DNA from: Candidatus Latescibacterota bacterium
GTDB lineage: Bacteria > Latescibacterota > UBA2968 > GCA-2709665
Reading direction: 5' to 3'
DNA length: 64,000 nt
Assembly: GCA_965116875.1 (NCBI GenBank)
Contig: OZ220733.1
Coordinates: 3,328,001 to 3,392,000, forward strand
Of this stretch, positions 47,745-56,296 are shown one piece after another (position 1 is the stretch's first letter; the number at the start of each line of letters is the position of its first letter). The notes under the pieces are model-generated. The model saw only the letters and a program-made list of their open reading frames with translations. It did not search any database and was not told where the DNA came from. The position numbers were made by a program, and so were the translations under genes.

Positions 47745-49400
47745 TCATGCAAGACTTCGGTAGCGCTCCAATGCCGTTCGTTCGAATTCCTTGCCTCTGA
47801 TTAGCTTCGATCCGTCCAATCTGACCAACTTGAACGCGCTATTCAGGCCTTTCGCATATTCCAGGTTCACGATGGTTTCCCCCGATGCCTGGATGGGCCT
47901 CCGGGCGGGAATCTTGTAGTTGCTGGACAGCTCGACCAGTTCATGAATCCGCGTGCGGTCCGAGATCAGAACCGGCGCCCAGCATTCGATCGCTCTGCCC
48001 AGCATCAGCGTTGCCAGGCGCGCCGATTCCGCGGGAAGCGCGTCCCACACATTCCAGATGATCGGTTTGCAGTCGGCCTGTTTCGCGCGGTCGATCACAC
48101 GAAAACACGCTGCGGCGTCGAGTATCTGGTCTTCAGGCACAATACCCACGTATACACGTCCGTGATCCGTCTCCAAATCACACCCTGGCTTTTCTACTGC
48201 ATGCCACTTCGACCGGCTCCAGACGGCCGGTCGTCCGTCGAACTGTCGAACGCGGATTGGCATCTTTGGTTCCGTCTTGGGCAGATCCTGCGGTCTCGGC
48301 GACGCGAGCTCATCGGCAGTTGGGACCTCATCCCACACCAGTTCCTCATCGACCATCCGCATGTCCAGTTCGACAATATAGATGGCGTCCGGATCCCTGC
48401 ACGCCGAGAGCGGTCGAGAGGTCCGATCTCCGGCTTTCCGCGCCACCATCTCGCGTCCATCCGGGGAGAACGCGAAGGGATGGGTGGATGACTTGCCCAA
48501 GTCTTCATGAAGTGTACAAATCGAGAACATCCGGTTCTCCACCGCCCTCAGACGCAGGACCGACGACCATTTGATTTCATTGACATTGCTAAAACTTGGA
48601 TTTATGTAGATTTGGGCGCCGCAGCCGGCGAGGGACCGGGGCAGCAGGCCCAAATAGTGGTCGTGGCAGATGGTCGCGCCGGCCCGCGCCCCGGCCAGAT
48701 CGAAGGTGGGAAGCATCGAGTCCGCCGTCCAAAGAGACCTCTCGAAGGCAACCGCGCCCGCTGAGGAATGCTTCACGTATACTCGCGAATGCCATCCATC
48801 GGGATCAATGCGAAGCAGGATCTGGTAGTAGCGTTCGGTTGAGTCGACGCGATTATCGGTCGCGCCGACCAGCAGCGTCGCATCCAGGTCCGCCGCAAGC
48901 TTTTTCAGCGATTTTATGGGTCTGGAATCGGATGCTTGAATGTACGCTTCCGGAAAGAGAACGAAATCTACGCTTTCGCCTGCAAACGAGGCATACGTCG
49001 GAAAGGCAGGCTTTTGGGCATTATGATTTACCTGAGGAAATACGAGCGCCGCTCGCAGTTTGGAAGGCTTTACAGCAGCGGAGGTTCTTCTAGTGGATTG
49101 GACAGGTCGGGAAGTGTCAGACCTGGAACGATTCGCACCACCGCACTTGCACTCAACGACGTCAAACTCGCGTTTCCTCAGAAAGCCATTGGACTCACCG
49201 CCGCCAGAGAATTCATACGAAGGAAGAAGCCGACCCGTTGCTATTTCGTGAGCCAACGCGACCGTGTACTTCGGTGGATAATGGTTGCCATCCTTTACCA
49301 GGCAGTAATGCCGCCCCTTCCTGCGCGGCGGAACTCCCTCAAGCATGATACGACAGATCGCTTTGTTCAAGTGCTCGCTTTTAATGCATCCCGGTATCAT
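47745..49400 (-). CDS. Carbon-nitrogen hydrolase (nitrilase-fold) protein fused to a restriction-type N-terminal head domain
   Basis: FPE/K/ICHD triad, RAVEN; N-terminal YPPKY...FSGG motif. Confidence 0.7.
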   Translation of the reverse strand: MIPGCIKSEHLNKAICRIMLEGVPPRRKGRHYCLVKDGNHYPPKYTVALAHEIATGRLLPSYEFSGGGESNGFLRKREFDVVECKCGGANRSRSDTSRPVQSTRRTSAAVKPSKLRAALVFPQVNHNAQKPAFPTYASFAGESVDFVLFPEAYIQASDSRPIKSLKKLAADLDATLLVGATDNRVDSTERYYQILLRIDPDGWHSRVYVKHSSAGAVAFERSLWTADSMLPTFDLAGARAGATICHDHYLGLLPRSLAGCGAQIYINPSFSNVNEIKWSSVLRLRAVENRMFSICTLHEDLGKSSTHPFAFSPDGREMVARKAGDRTSRPLSACRDPDAIYIVELDMRMVDEELVWDEVPTADELASPRPQDLPKTEPKMPIRVRQFDGRPAVWSRSKWHAVEKPGCDLETDHGRVYVGIVPEDQILDAAACFRVIDRAKQADCKPIIWNVWDALPAESARLATLMLGRAIECWAPVLISDRTRIHELVELSSNYKIPARRPIQASGETIVNLEYAKGLNSAFKLVRLDGSKLIRGKEFERTALERYRSLA

Positions 49401-49540
49401 TGTCTTTCTCGCCCGAATAACTAACTGAAATAGAGATTTTTTATACTCCAGTTATTGTAAAATATTATAGTTACGCGATTCTTCGCTGAAACATACAGTC
49501 GCATTGGCCGTGACGCTACCTTTCATCGAACCCTTCACAG

Positions 49541-49685
49541 GGTGGAGCGGACATTCCTGTCTGCTCACGTACGTATTACCGATAGCCCGGGACGTAGAGG
49601 CAAGGCACAGACGTGCCATGGACGCGCGATGCCGCCTCCCGACAGATGGACAGCGAGGCGGGCAGACAGGAATGTCCGCCCCACC
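49541..49685. repeat. REP doublet (REPIN-like)
   Basis: GGTGGAGCGGACATTCCTGTCTGC ... GCAGACAGGAATGTCCGCCCCACC. Confidence 0.85.
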
Positions 49686-49790
49686 TTCGGACAACCTTCC
49701 TCATCGGCGGGACAGGCCAATTGGTCAGCCGTCTCTGGCCTCGGGAACGGAGGCTTGTCACGCGCTTCGTTGTAGACATCCACTTGCGAA

Positions 49791-50609
49791 TCATGATTCT
49801 TGAGTCGTGAACCGTATCTCGTGATGGTCGTAGTCGCTCGTGATCGGAACCGGCTTCCCGTCCAAGAACGCCCATCTGCCCACGTCGCACGCGGATGCGC
49901 GGACGAAGCCGTTGATGTAGGATCGCCGGGGCCGGTCCGTCGTATTCGGCGATGAGCCGTGTACCGTGTACGACGTGAACATCAGCACGTCGCCGGGCAT
50001 CGCCTCGCACGGCACGGCTGCGGAGACGTCCACCTGCGACTCGACGCTCCCTTCGGCGTACCGTTTGACTTTCAAATTACCGAGTTTGTGGCTACCCGGA
50101 ATCACGTGCAGACAGCCGCTTGCGACGGTCGCTTCGTCCACCACGACGATGGTCTGCACATAGTTATTCACCTGATCGCGAAACGCTGGCGTGGGGCGCA
50201 CGTCCTGGTGCCATGGAAACTCGATCTTCCCGCCGGGCATCTTGAAATTGATCTGATTGATAAACTGCTTCAATGTCGTTCCGATCAGCGGCGCCAGGAG
50301 CGCGGGGAACCTGGGACTGTTGCGGACCTCTTCGAACGCCGGATGAATGAGGGACGGCCACTGGACCTTGCGCAGATATCGAACGGCGTCGGGCCCGGTC
50401 ATCGGTCCGGGCGTCTGCAGGTGGATATGCACGTCGTTCCGCCTGCCCTTGAGGATTTCATCCGGCAGGTCCGTCCGCGACGCCAGTTTAAAGATATAGT
50501 CGTAACCTTCTCGCAAACGGGAGATCTCATCCTGTCCGAACACGCCGCGAGCCACGTGATATCCCTGTTCTCTGAATGCCTCGACGTCATGATCGCTGAG
50601 CGTCATCAT
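49791..50609 (-). CDS. Phytanoyl-CoA dioxygenase (PhyH) family Fe/2OG oxygenase
   Basis: WHQD, GCLHVIPGSH, HGSSPN...RR. Confidence 0.9.
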   Translation of the reverse strand: MMTLSDHDVEAFREQGYHVARGVFGQDEISRLREGYDYIFKLASRTDLPDEILKGRRNDVHIHLQTPGPMTGPDAVRYLRKVQWPSLIHPAFEEVRNSPRFPALLAPLIGTTLKQFINQINFKMPGGKIEFPWHQDVRPTPAFRDQVNNYVQTIVVVDEATVASGCLHVIPGSHKLGNLKVKRYAEGSVESQVDVSAAVPCEAMPGDVLMFTSYTVHGSSPNTTDRPRRSYINGFVRASACDVGRWAFLDGKPVPITSDYDHHEIRFTTQES

Positions 50610-50727
50610 CGCGTTTCGTCTCTTTGGCACTGAATTACATCTTCGCGTGGATTCTGGCTGTCATCGCCCGCAGTTGTTCGTCTGTCAGACGTGTGGGCCT
50701 TACGTTGTCAAAGCGGACGCTACGGAT

Positions 50728-50835
50728 TCACCTCGATTCGCGAATATTCGTGGACCTGAGTGTCGAATATATGCTGAAGAACAGAGGCGAATTGACGTCA
50801 AAGGTCCCGGATACCTGAAGTCACTGGACGTGAAG
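50728..50835 (-). promoter_or_regulatory. Conserved upstream element, diverged copy C
   Basis: Shares the blocks GATTCG..TTCGTGGAC..CGAATAT.TGCT..AGGCGA..GGATAC..GTCACTGGA.GTGAA with copy B. Confidence 0.6.
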
Positions 50836-50984
50836 GTAAATTTCATCCATTCGAATGACCTCAAAACCCCGTTTTCGCACCGTCACCTTCTGTGCCTTTT
50901 GTGCTTTTTGTGGTAAATTAACGGTTGTTTTTTTTGAATTGAGGTTACCATGCACCCGTTTCGTGCAAAGCTCCACTGTATGGT

Positions 50985-51794
50985 CTATTCCAGTTCCGGC
51001 AGGTTCGACTGGTCGATGAGAACCTTGATCGAGCGTGGACGACGCGCAACCCGTGAGATGAAGCCCTGCTCTTCCAGTCTCTTGAGCATACTGTTTACGG
51101 ACGGCGCCGTAACGCCGAAATAGCGCTGGATATCGGCCTGGGCGGGCGGAATGCCGTTCACCTTGGTGTAGTAGTGAATGAAGGCCAGATATTGGCCCTG
51201 TCGATAGGTATAGGAGGTGTCAACTATGGAAGTGTAGAATTCGTCAATATCGAACTCATCCAGGTATTTGTTGACATTGTCGATGGGGAAGTATTCGGGG
51301 TCGAATTTACCGCCGATCCAGTCGACCATCGAGGTATGTTCCGGATGATCGCTGTCCGCCATGGCCTCGAGAAACTCTGCATATCCCGCGACTCCGCCCA
51401 CGTCTTCCGGCGGACAGGATCGCTCGCCCGCGAGACACACGGTTTTGAACTCCTCCTCTTCAGTTTCTTGGATGGCTTCGACTCTCACCTGATGCTCCCA
51501 ACTGTCTCCGAAATCGTATTCGTAGAGAAACTCGACGCCGACGAAGGGCGCCACCTGCTCCAGTGTGAACAATTCTTCTTCCTGCACGTCTTCACCAAGA
51601 TCGTCGAATTCCGGGTCGTACATCCCGTAACGGGTGTCGCCTATGCGAAACTCGTGGAGATGGGAGTTGGTCCACCCCATCGCGATCTGGATGTACAGGT
51701 GGAGGTCGTCCAGAGACCTCTGCCCGTCAACGAGGACTCGTCTCCAGATTGGCGGATCGATGTCGAGCATGGTAATCTTGAGTTGGTAGATCAT
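50985..51794 (-). CDS. pRiA4b ORF3-family protein fused to LexA/MarR-like HTH
   Basis: PPIWRR, GWTNSHLHEF, YEYDFGDSWEH, CPPEDVGG; C-terminal RQGQYLAFI...PAQADIQRYF..TAPSVNSML. Confidence 0.85.
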   Translation of the reverse strand: MIYQLKITMLDIDPPIWRRVLVDGQRSLDDLHLYIQIAMGWTNSHLHEFRIGDTRYGMYDPEFDDLGEDVQEEELFTLEQVAPFVGVEFLYEYDFGDSWEHQVRVEAIQETEEEEFKTVCLAGERSCPPEDVGGVAGYAEFLEAMADSDHPEHTSMVDWIGGKFDPEYFPIDNVNKYLDEFDIDEFYTSIVDTSYTYRQGQYLAFIHYYTKVNGIPPAQADIQRYFGVTAPSVNSMLKRLEEQGFISRVARRPRSIKVLIDQSNLPELE

Positions 51795-51817
51795 GCACAC
51801 CCCCCTGCAGAGTGGGA

Positions 51818-52627
51818 TTATATTTGCTTTTTGGCCACCAGAAGGCCCGGTTGTTTCCGGATATGAATCGCACCTTTTCGTGCGATCTCCCCGTCCGCGA
51901 CTCGTTGAAGTTTCTGCAATTCCCCGGCGCTGAGCCGGTTGAACGATCTGAAGTAAGCGACCAACGGTCCGGATTCAGTGATCTGTAGAGCGTCTTCGTA
52001 CTTACGTAAACGCACGTCGGAGAACCATTCGTCAAGCTCCTGGCGGCCGCTTTCGAGGCTGAACCAGTCCGAGTTTCCCGCCTTGTCGGGGAATGCACTC
52101 GGATTCACCCTGCGTGCGAGTTCGGAGATGTTTTCCTTGTCGCCCCTGCCGTTCGCAGCCGCAAGGAAGTGTCCAGCCGGTCTCAATACCCGACGGATCT
52201 CCGAGAACGCCATGCTGCGGTCCGGCACGTGATAGAGCATGTGATTTGCAATAACGGCGTCAAATTCGCGGTCGCCGTACGGGATGGCCTGGACGTCGCA
52301 CACGACGAAGTCGAACGTCGCCTCAATCCTGAAGAGACGCTCTCTTGCTGCCCCGACCATACCGGGCGAGAAGTCGGAAAGCGTGACTTTCCAACGTGCA
52401 GGGATCCTATCCGCGTTGTGGGACCAGAGATAGCCCGGTCCGCAGCCGACCTCCAGGATCGTCCCGCCGGAAGGCGCCGTGAGTTGATCGAAGACCCACG
52501 GGTGCCAGCCGCGCCCGTTCGTGCTGAATCGCGCGTGGAGTTCGTATCTCGCATTGAGATTGGACGTATCTCCGTACTGGTGGCGTCGGAGATGGTCGCG
52601 GTCAGAATGTCGTGAGGACTTCGGCAT
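51818..52627 (-). CDS. Class I SAM-dependent methyltransferase
   Basis: ILEVGCGPG, DFSPGM, ANHMLYHV. Confidence 0.88.
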   Translation of the reverse strand: MPKSSRHSDRDHLRRHQYGDTSNLNARYELHARFSTNGRGWHPWVFDQLTAPSGGTILEVGCGPGYLWSHNADRIPARWKVTLSDFSPGMVGAARERLFRIEATFDFVVCDVQAIPYGDREFDAVIANHMLYHVPDRSMAFSEIRRVLRPAGHFLAAANGRGDKENISELARRVNPSAFPDKAGNSDWFSLESGRQELDEWFSDVRLRKYEDALQITESGPLVAYFRSFNRLSAGELQKLQRVADGEIARKGAIHIRKQPGLLVAKKQI

Positions 52628-52681
52628 GGGTGTGTACGCCCGACCCCGGTCGATTGGCTGGAATGCCTTCCTGTTTGCGGG

Positions 52682-54433
52682 TTATTCCTCCGCGCCGCAT
52701 CGCCTGAGCAAAGCACCCATGTCTGTGATCTTCGTGTCGAGTCGGGCATATTCCTTATGACCCTGCGGATTCTCGCTCCAGGCCAGGGGCGTCGCCCAGG
52801 ACGCGCCTGCCAGATTCGGATCGGCGCCCGCTTCCAGCATGAACCTGGCGAGTTCGGGCCACTCGAATCGTACCGCCATTGCGAGCGGCGTGGACTGCCT
52901 CTCTCCGCCCAGCACGTTCAACTCTGCTCCGTGGTCAATGAGCTTTCGCGCGAACACGATACGGTCTTGCTCCGTGACGTGCCAGGTGATCTCTGCGGTC
53001 CAATGCAGGGGAGTGAGGCCGCCTTTCTTCTCGGGTGCGTTGGGATCGAACCCGTGTTCCAGAAGGCGTTCGAAGCAGGCGTAGAAGTGTTCGGCGCGGG
53101 CCTTACCGGGATTGCCCGGACAGCGTAGCCGCCACATCCGCATGGCCAGGCACAGAACCTCGTGCATTTCGCTTTCCGAAAAACCCGGATTCTGCGAAAG
53201 GCAGATTGCCACGAGGTCCGGGTGCCCGCCGTGGACGGCGCCCTTCAGAACGTCCTTTGCGCACGACGGATCGGAATTGACGAGCGCCGCGTCCACGGCA
53301 ATGTTGTCGCTGTTGGCGGCGTAGAATCCCGGCGCCACCCCGTCGTCGAAGCCGGGAAATGCGCCGTGTCGCAACAGCAGCTTTTCGATCGCGTCGTTCC
53401 CGTTCGCGATCGCCCAGTTCAGTGCATTGCCGGAGGCGTCCATCACGGTATGCGCCGATGCTCCGTTCTCCAGCAGCAGCGTTGCCATCTCCAGATCATC
53501 ATTGAGCGCCGCCGCGTGCAACGGGGCCCCTCGCTCGGCCACGGGATATCCCTCATACTTATCGTATGGCGTGTCCGGGTCCGCGCCCCGTTCCAGCAGG
53601 AGGCGCACGACTTCCAGGTGTCCCTTGTCGGCGGCGATCGAAATTGGATACGCGTCCATGCCCGGATAGTTACGACCCCAGTCGTTCACGGCTTCGGGAT
53701 CGGCATCGAGGATCCTGCGCGCGCCGTCGACGTCGCCGATCGCGCAGGCCGCCCACAGGTCGTATTCCGCTCCCCGTCCCAGCAGAATGCCGCCAATGAC
53801 CGGCCACAAAGGACTCGGCGGGGGGTCCCAACCCCGTTTGGGCCGTGGGCCAAGGGCGAGGTGGATCGGCTTCTTCCCGCGGGCATTTGTTCGATTCGGA
53901 TCGGCGCCCCGATCCAGAAGCTCCTGGACGATCTCGACGTGATGATTTTCCACCGCGACGTGAAGCGCCGTGTCGCCGCCACGGTTCACAGAGTGTACTC
54001 CGGAAGGGTCCGAGTCGAGCCGTTCCGCCAGGGCGTCGATTTCGCCTCTTTCGGCGGCCCGGCATAGAGCCGCGCCAGTCTCCGTCTCTCCGGACTGTCT
54101 CAAGCGCCACGCTTCCATAGCTTCGGCCACTTCGGTATGCCCGCTGTGCCGGGCCATGTCGATTGCCGACACCCGCTCCCGGTAGGTCACCCGGGTCGGG
54201 CTGGCGCCGGCCTCCAGAAGCAGCCGCAGCACCTCCAAATGACCCTCCCGGGCCGCGTAGTGAATGGCCTGATAGCCCTGCACACCGTCTCGCCGAGCGA
54301 GTTCGGGTTTCCGCTCCAGGATGGCCCGCACCTCGTTAACGTCGCCCTCGCGTGCCGCCTTGCAGATTTCCGCGACACCGGCGGATTCGCTATCCCGGAC
54401 CGGTCCGTTCCTCCTGGACGTCTTCTTCGTCAT
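52682..54433 (-). CDS. Ankyrin-repeat protein
   Basis: Many TALH/PLH..A...G..EVVRLLLERGADP repeats; AAGGA RBS before ATG 54433. Confidence 0.92.
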   Translation of the reverse strand: MTKKTSRRNGPVRDSESAGVAEICKAAREGDVNEVRAILERKPELARRDGVQGYQAIHYAAREGHLEVLRLLLEAGASPTRVTYRERVSAIDMARHSGHTEVAEAMEAWRLRQSGETETGAALCRAAERGEIDALAERLDSDPSGVHSVNRGGDTALHVAVENHHVEIVQELLDRGADPNRTNARGKKPIHLALGPRPKRGWDPPPSPLWPVIGGILLGRGAEYDLWAACAIGDVDGARRILDADPEAVNDWGRNYPGMDAYPISIAADKGHLEVVRLLLERGADPDTPYDKYEGYPVAERGAPLHAAALNDDLEMATLLLENGASAHTVMDASGNALNWAIANGNDAIEKLLLRHGAFPGFDDGVAPGFYAANSDNIAVDAALVNSDPSCAKDVLKGAVHGGHPDLVAICLSQNPGFSESEMHEVLCLAMRMWRLRCPGNPGKARAEHFYACFERLLEHGFDPNAPEKKGGLTPLHWTAEITWHVTEQDRIVFARKLIDHGAELNVLGGERQSTPLAMAVRFEWPELARFMLEAGADPNLAGASWATPLAWSENPQGHKEYARLDTKITDMGALLRRCGAEE

Positions 54434-54458
54434 CGCGAACAGTTCCTTCTTTGGCCTT

Positions 54459-54566
54459 TTAACCTTGATTCGTAAGTTTTCGTGGACGTTAATTCGAATA
54501 TGTGCTAGTAAATAAAGGCGATTAGAAGGCGGATTACCAGGATACACCCGGTCACTGGAAGTGAAC
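54459..54566 (-). promoter_or_regulatory. Conserved ~107-bp upstream element, copy B
   Basis: Close match to 8212-8318; contains TCAC-N5-GTGA. Confidence 0.75.
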
Positions 54567-54596
54567 AGTTCCTCTCCCCGTGGCCCCTCAGATTCG

Positions 54597-54704
54597 GGTA
54601 GAAGGGAGACGGTAGAGGGGAGAGATTTCCTGCCTTATGGAGTTTCTTTTCCTGCCGGAGGCAAGAAGGAACAGAGTACCGGGCAAGGGTTTCTTCTACC
54701 GTCT
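54597..54704. repeat. Heptamer-armed hairpin repeat serving as IS1111 target (continues at 56285-56302)
   Basis: GGTAGAR/GGGAGAV heptamers and a CCTGCC-GGA-GGCAAG core; homologous to 63188-63300. Confidence 0.75.
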
Positions 54705-54734
54705 ACTATGTTAAAAGTCAAGAGAAAACGACCA

Positions 54735-55120
54735 TATGTTGGCCTCAGATGCTGGGGTTACTCTACCATTATGCGTACCTATGCGACGCGTTCATTCCGA
54801 CACGCTCGACGAGCGTGTCGGAATGAACGAAATAAACGTCATTGAGGCCTGAATGGTTCCCTGCCGCACGACAGCAGTAGGGACCAGGCGTACGGTGTTC
54901 GCTGTTGGATGGCCTCAGATGCTGGGGCAACGCTACCAATCTACTATTCGTAGTCGCCTGGTGCAGGCGCTGACATGTCATTTATCCGGAGCCGTGCGAT
55001 AGGGGACGGGGCGTGCAAACTTCACTTACGTAGTACCCTGTGGGTCTACAAGACGGTAGGCGCCGTCCCCTGTACTCCGCGATCAAAAGCGGTGCGTGCG
55101 CAGGCATCTGTTGCGACCGT
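54735..55120 (-). ncRNA. Bridge/seek RNA region of the IS1111 element
   Basis: Internal loops whose strands match target CTACCGT-CT-TCCCT and donor ATAGTGA-CT-ACTAT; duplicated 3' hairpin. Confidence 0.8.
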
Positions 55121-55124
55121 GTGT

Positions 55125-56195
55125 TCACCCGGCGATGAGGCCCAGCTGATAGGGCTCTCCATTCAGCAGGATCCTGCGCATACGGCCCACCAGGATTCTG
55201 GCAACACCGACGATGGCGCGTTTGCCACCGGCACGCACCTTCAAGTGTTCGTATTTTTCCTGCATCGCGGGATCTTTCTCGATCAGGCGCCAGGCCGCCT
55301 GGGTAAGTAACGCACGTACAATGGGCTTTCCCTGGCGGGTGATGCGCCCGTGCCTCACGTGCTCGCCCGACGAGTGCTGGCCGGGCGTCAGCCCCACGTA
55401 GGCCGCCAGCGCATCTGCGTTCTTGAAGCGCGCCACATCCTGCAGTTCCAGGAGGATCTCCATGGCAGACAAGCATCCCACGCCCGGGATCGACGTCAGG
55501 ATCGCCACCCGATCCCGATACGTGTCTGTTTGCGCAAGCTCCCACAGCATTTTCGTCTGGCGCCCCACCAGTTCACACAGATCATCGTATTGTTCCAGCA
55601 TGTTCTCGAAGCTTTCCTGCGCACACGGCTCCCCCAGGTCCACACCACGCAGTGCGGTCACGAACTTGTCAGACCACGTCCCTCTGGATTCTTCGTGCAC
55701 ATACAAACCCATATACCGCAGTTCGGCCTTGATCCGTAGTTGTACACGCACCCGATCCTTGATGAACTGCCGGCGGCGACGACTCACTTGGCGGTGGCAC
55801 CGCTCTTCATGCGTCGGCACATAGATCGATGCCAGCAGGTCCGTCCTCAGATAATCCGCCAGCTTGAAGCTGTCGATGGAATCCGTCTTGACCCGATTCC
55901 CACTCTGGCTCGGGATCAGGCTCGGCGGCGTCACCGAAGCAGACACACCCATATCGACAAGAAAATCATATAACCAGAAACCGAAATAACCGGCTTCATA
56001 CACCGCAAAGATCTCTTTCGCTTCGCCATAACGACTCAACACCTTATCGATCGCCTCTGCTGTGCCTGCGATGCGATTGGAGAACAGTCGCAACCCATCC
56101 TCGTTGAGAATCGTCACGTGCCACTGCTTGAGATGCATGTCGATGCCCACGAAAAGATCCTTGCCATCCCACGCTTCAACGGTATACCTTGCCAT
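55125..56195 (-). CDS. IS110-family DEDD recombinase/transposase
   Basis: GIDMH, YEAG, KTDSIDS, IPGVG, YVGLTP.QHSSG; AGGAGG RBS. Confidence 0.96.
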   Translation of the reverse strand: MARYTVEAWDGKDLFVGIDMHLKQWHVTILNEDGLRLFSNRIAGTAEAIDKVLSRYGEAKEIFAVYEAGYFGFWLYDFLVDMGVSASVTPPSLIPSQSGNRVKTDSIDSFKLADYLRTDLLASIYVPTHEERCHRQVSRRRRQFIKDRVRVQLRIKAELRYMGLYVHEESRGTWSDKFVTALRGVDLGEPCAQESFENMLEQYDDLCELVGRQTKMLWELAQTDTYRDRVAILTSIPGVGCLSAMEILLELQDVARFKNADALAAYVGLTPGQHSSGEHVRHGRITRQGKPIVRALLTQAAWRLIEKDPAMQEKYEHLKVRAGGKRAIVGVARILVGRMRRILLNGEPYQLGLIAG

Positions 56196-56296
56196 CACGA
56201 GCCTCCTTGTGAAAGTGTTTGTTACGGGCAAAGGCAAAGTATACTCTCACAAGCTGAGGCTCAACTCATTTTAACATAGTGACTTCCCTCTACCCT

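Larger units (their letters stand above)
54705..56284 (-). mobile_element. Complete IS110-family (IS1111 group) element, 1580 bp
   Basis: 12-bp IRs ACTATGTTAAAA (54705) and TTTTAACATAGT (56269); CT core at 54703-04 and 56283-84; long non-coding region 3' of the recombinase. Confidence 0.92.
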
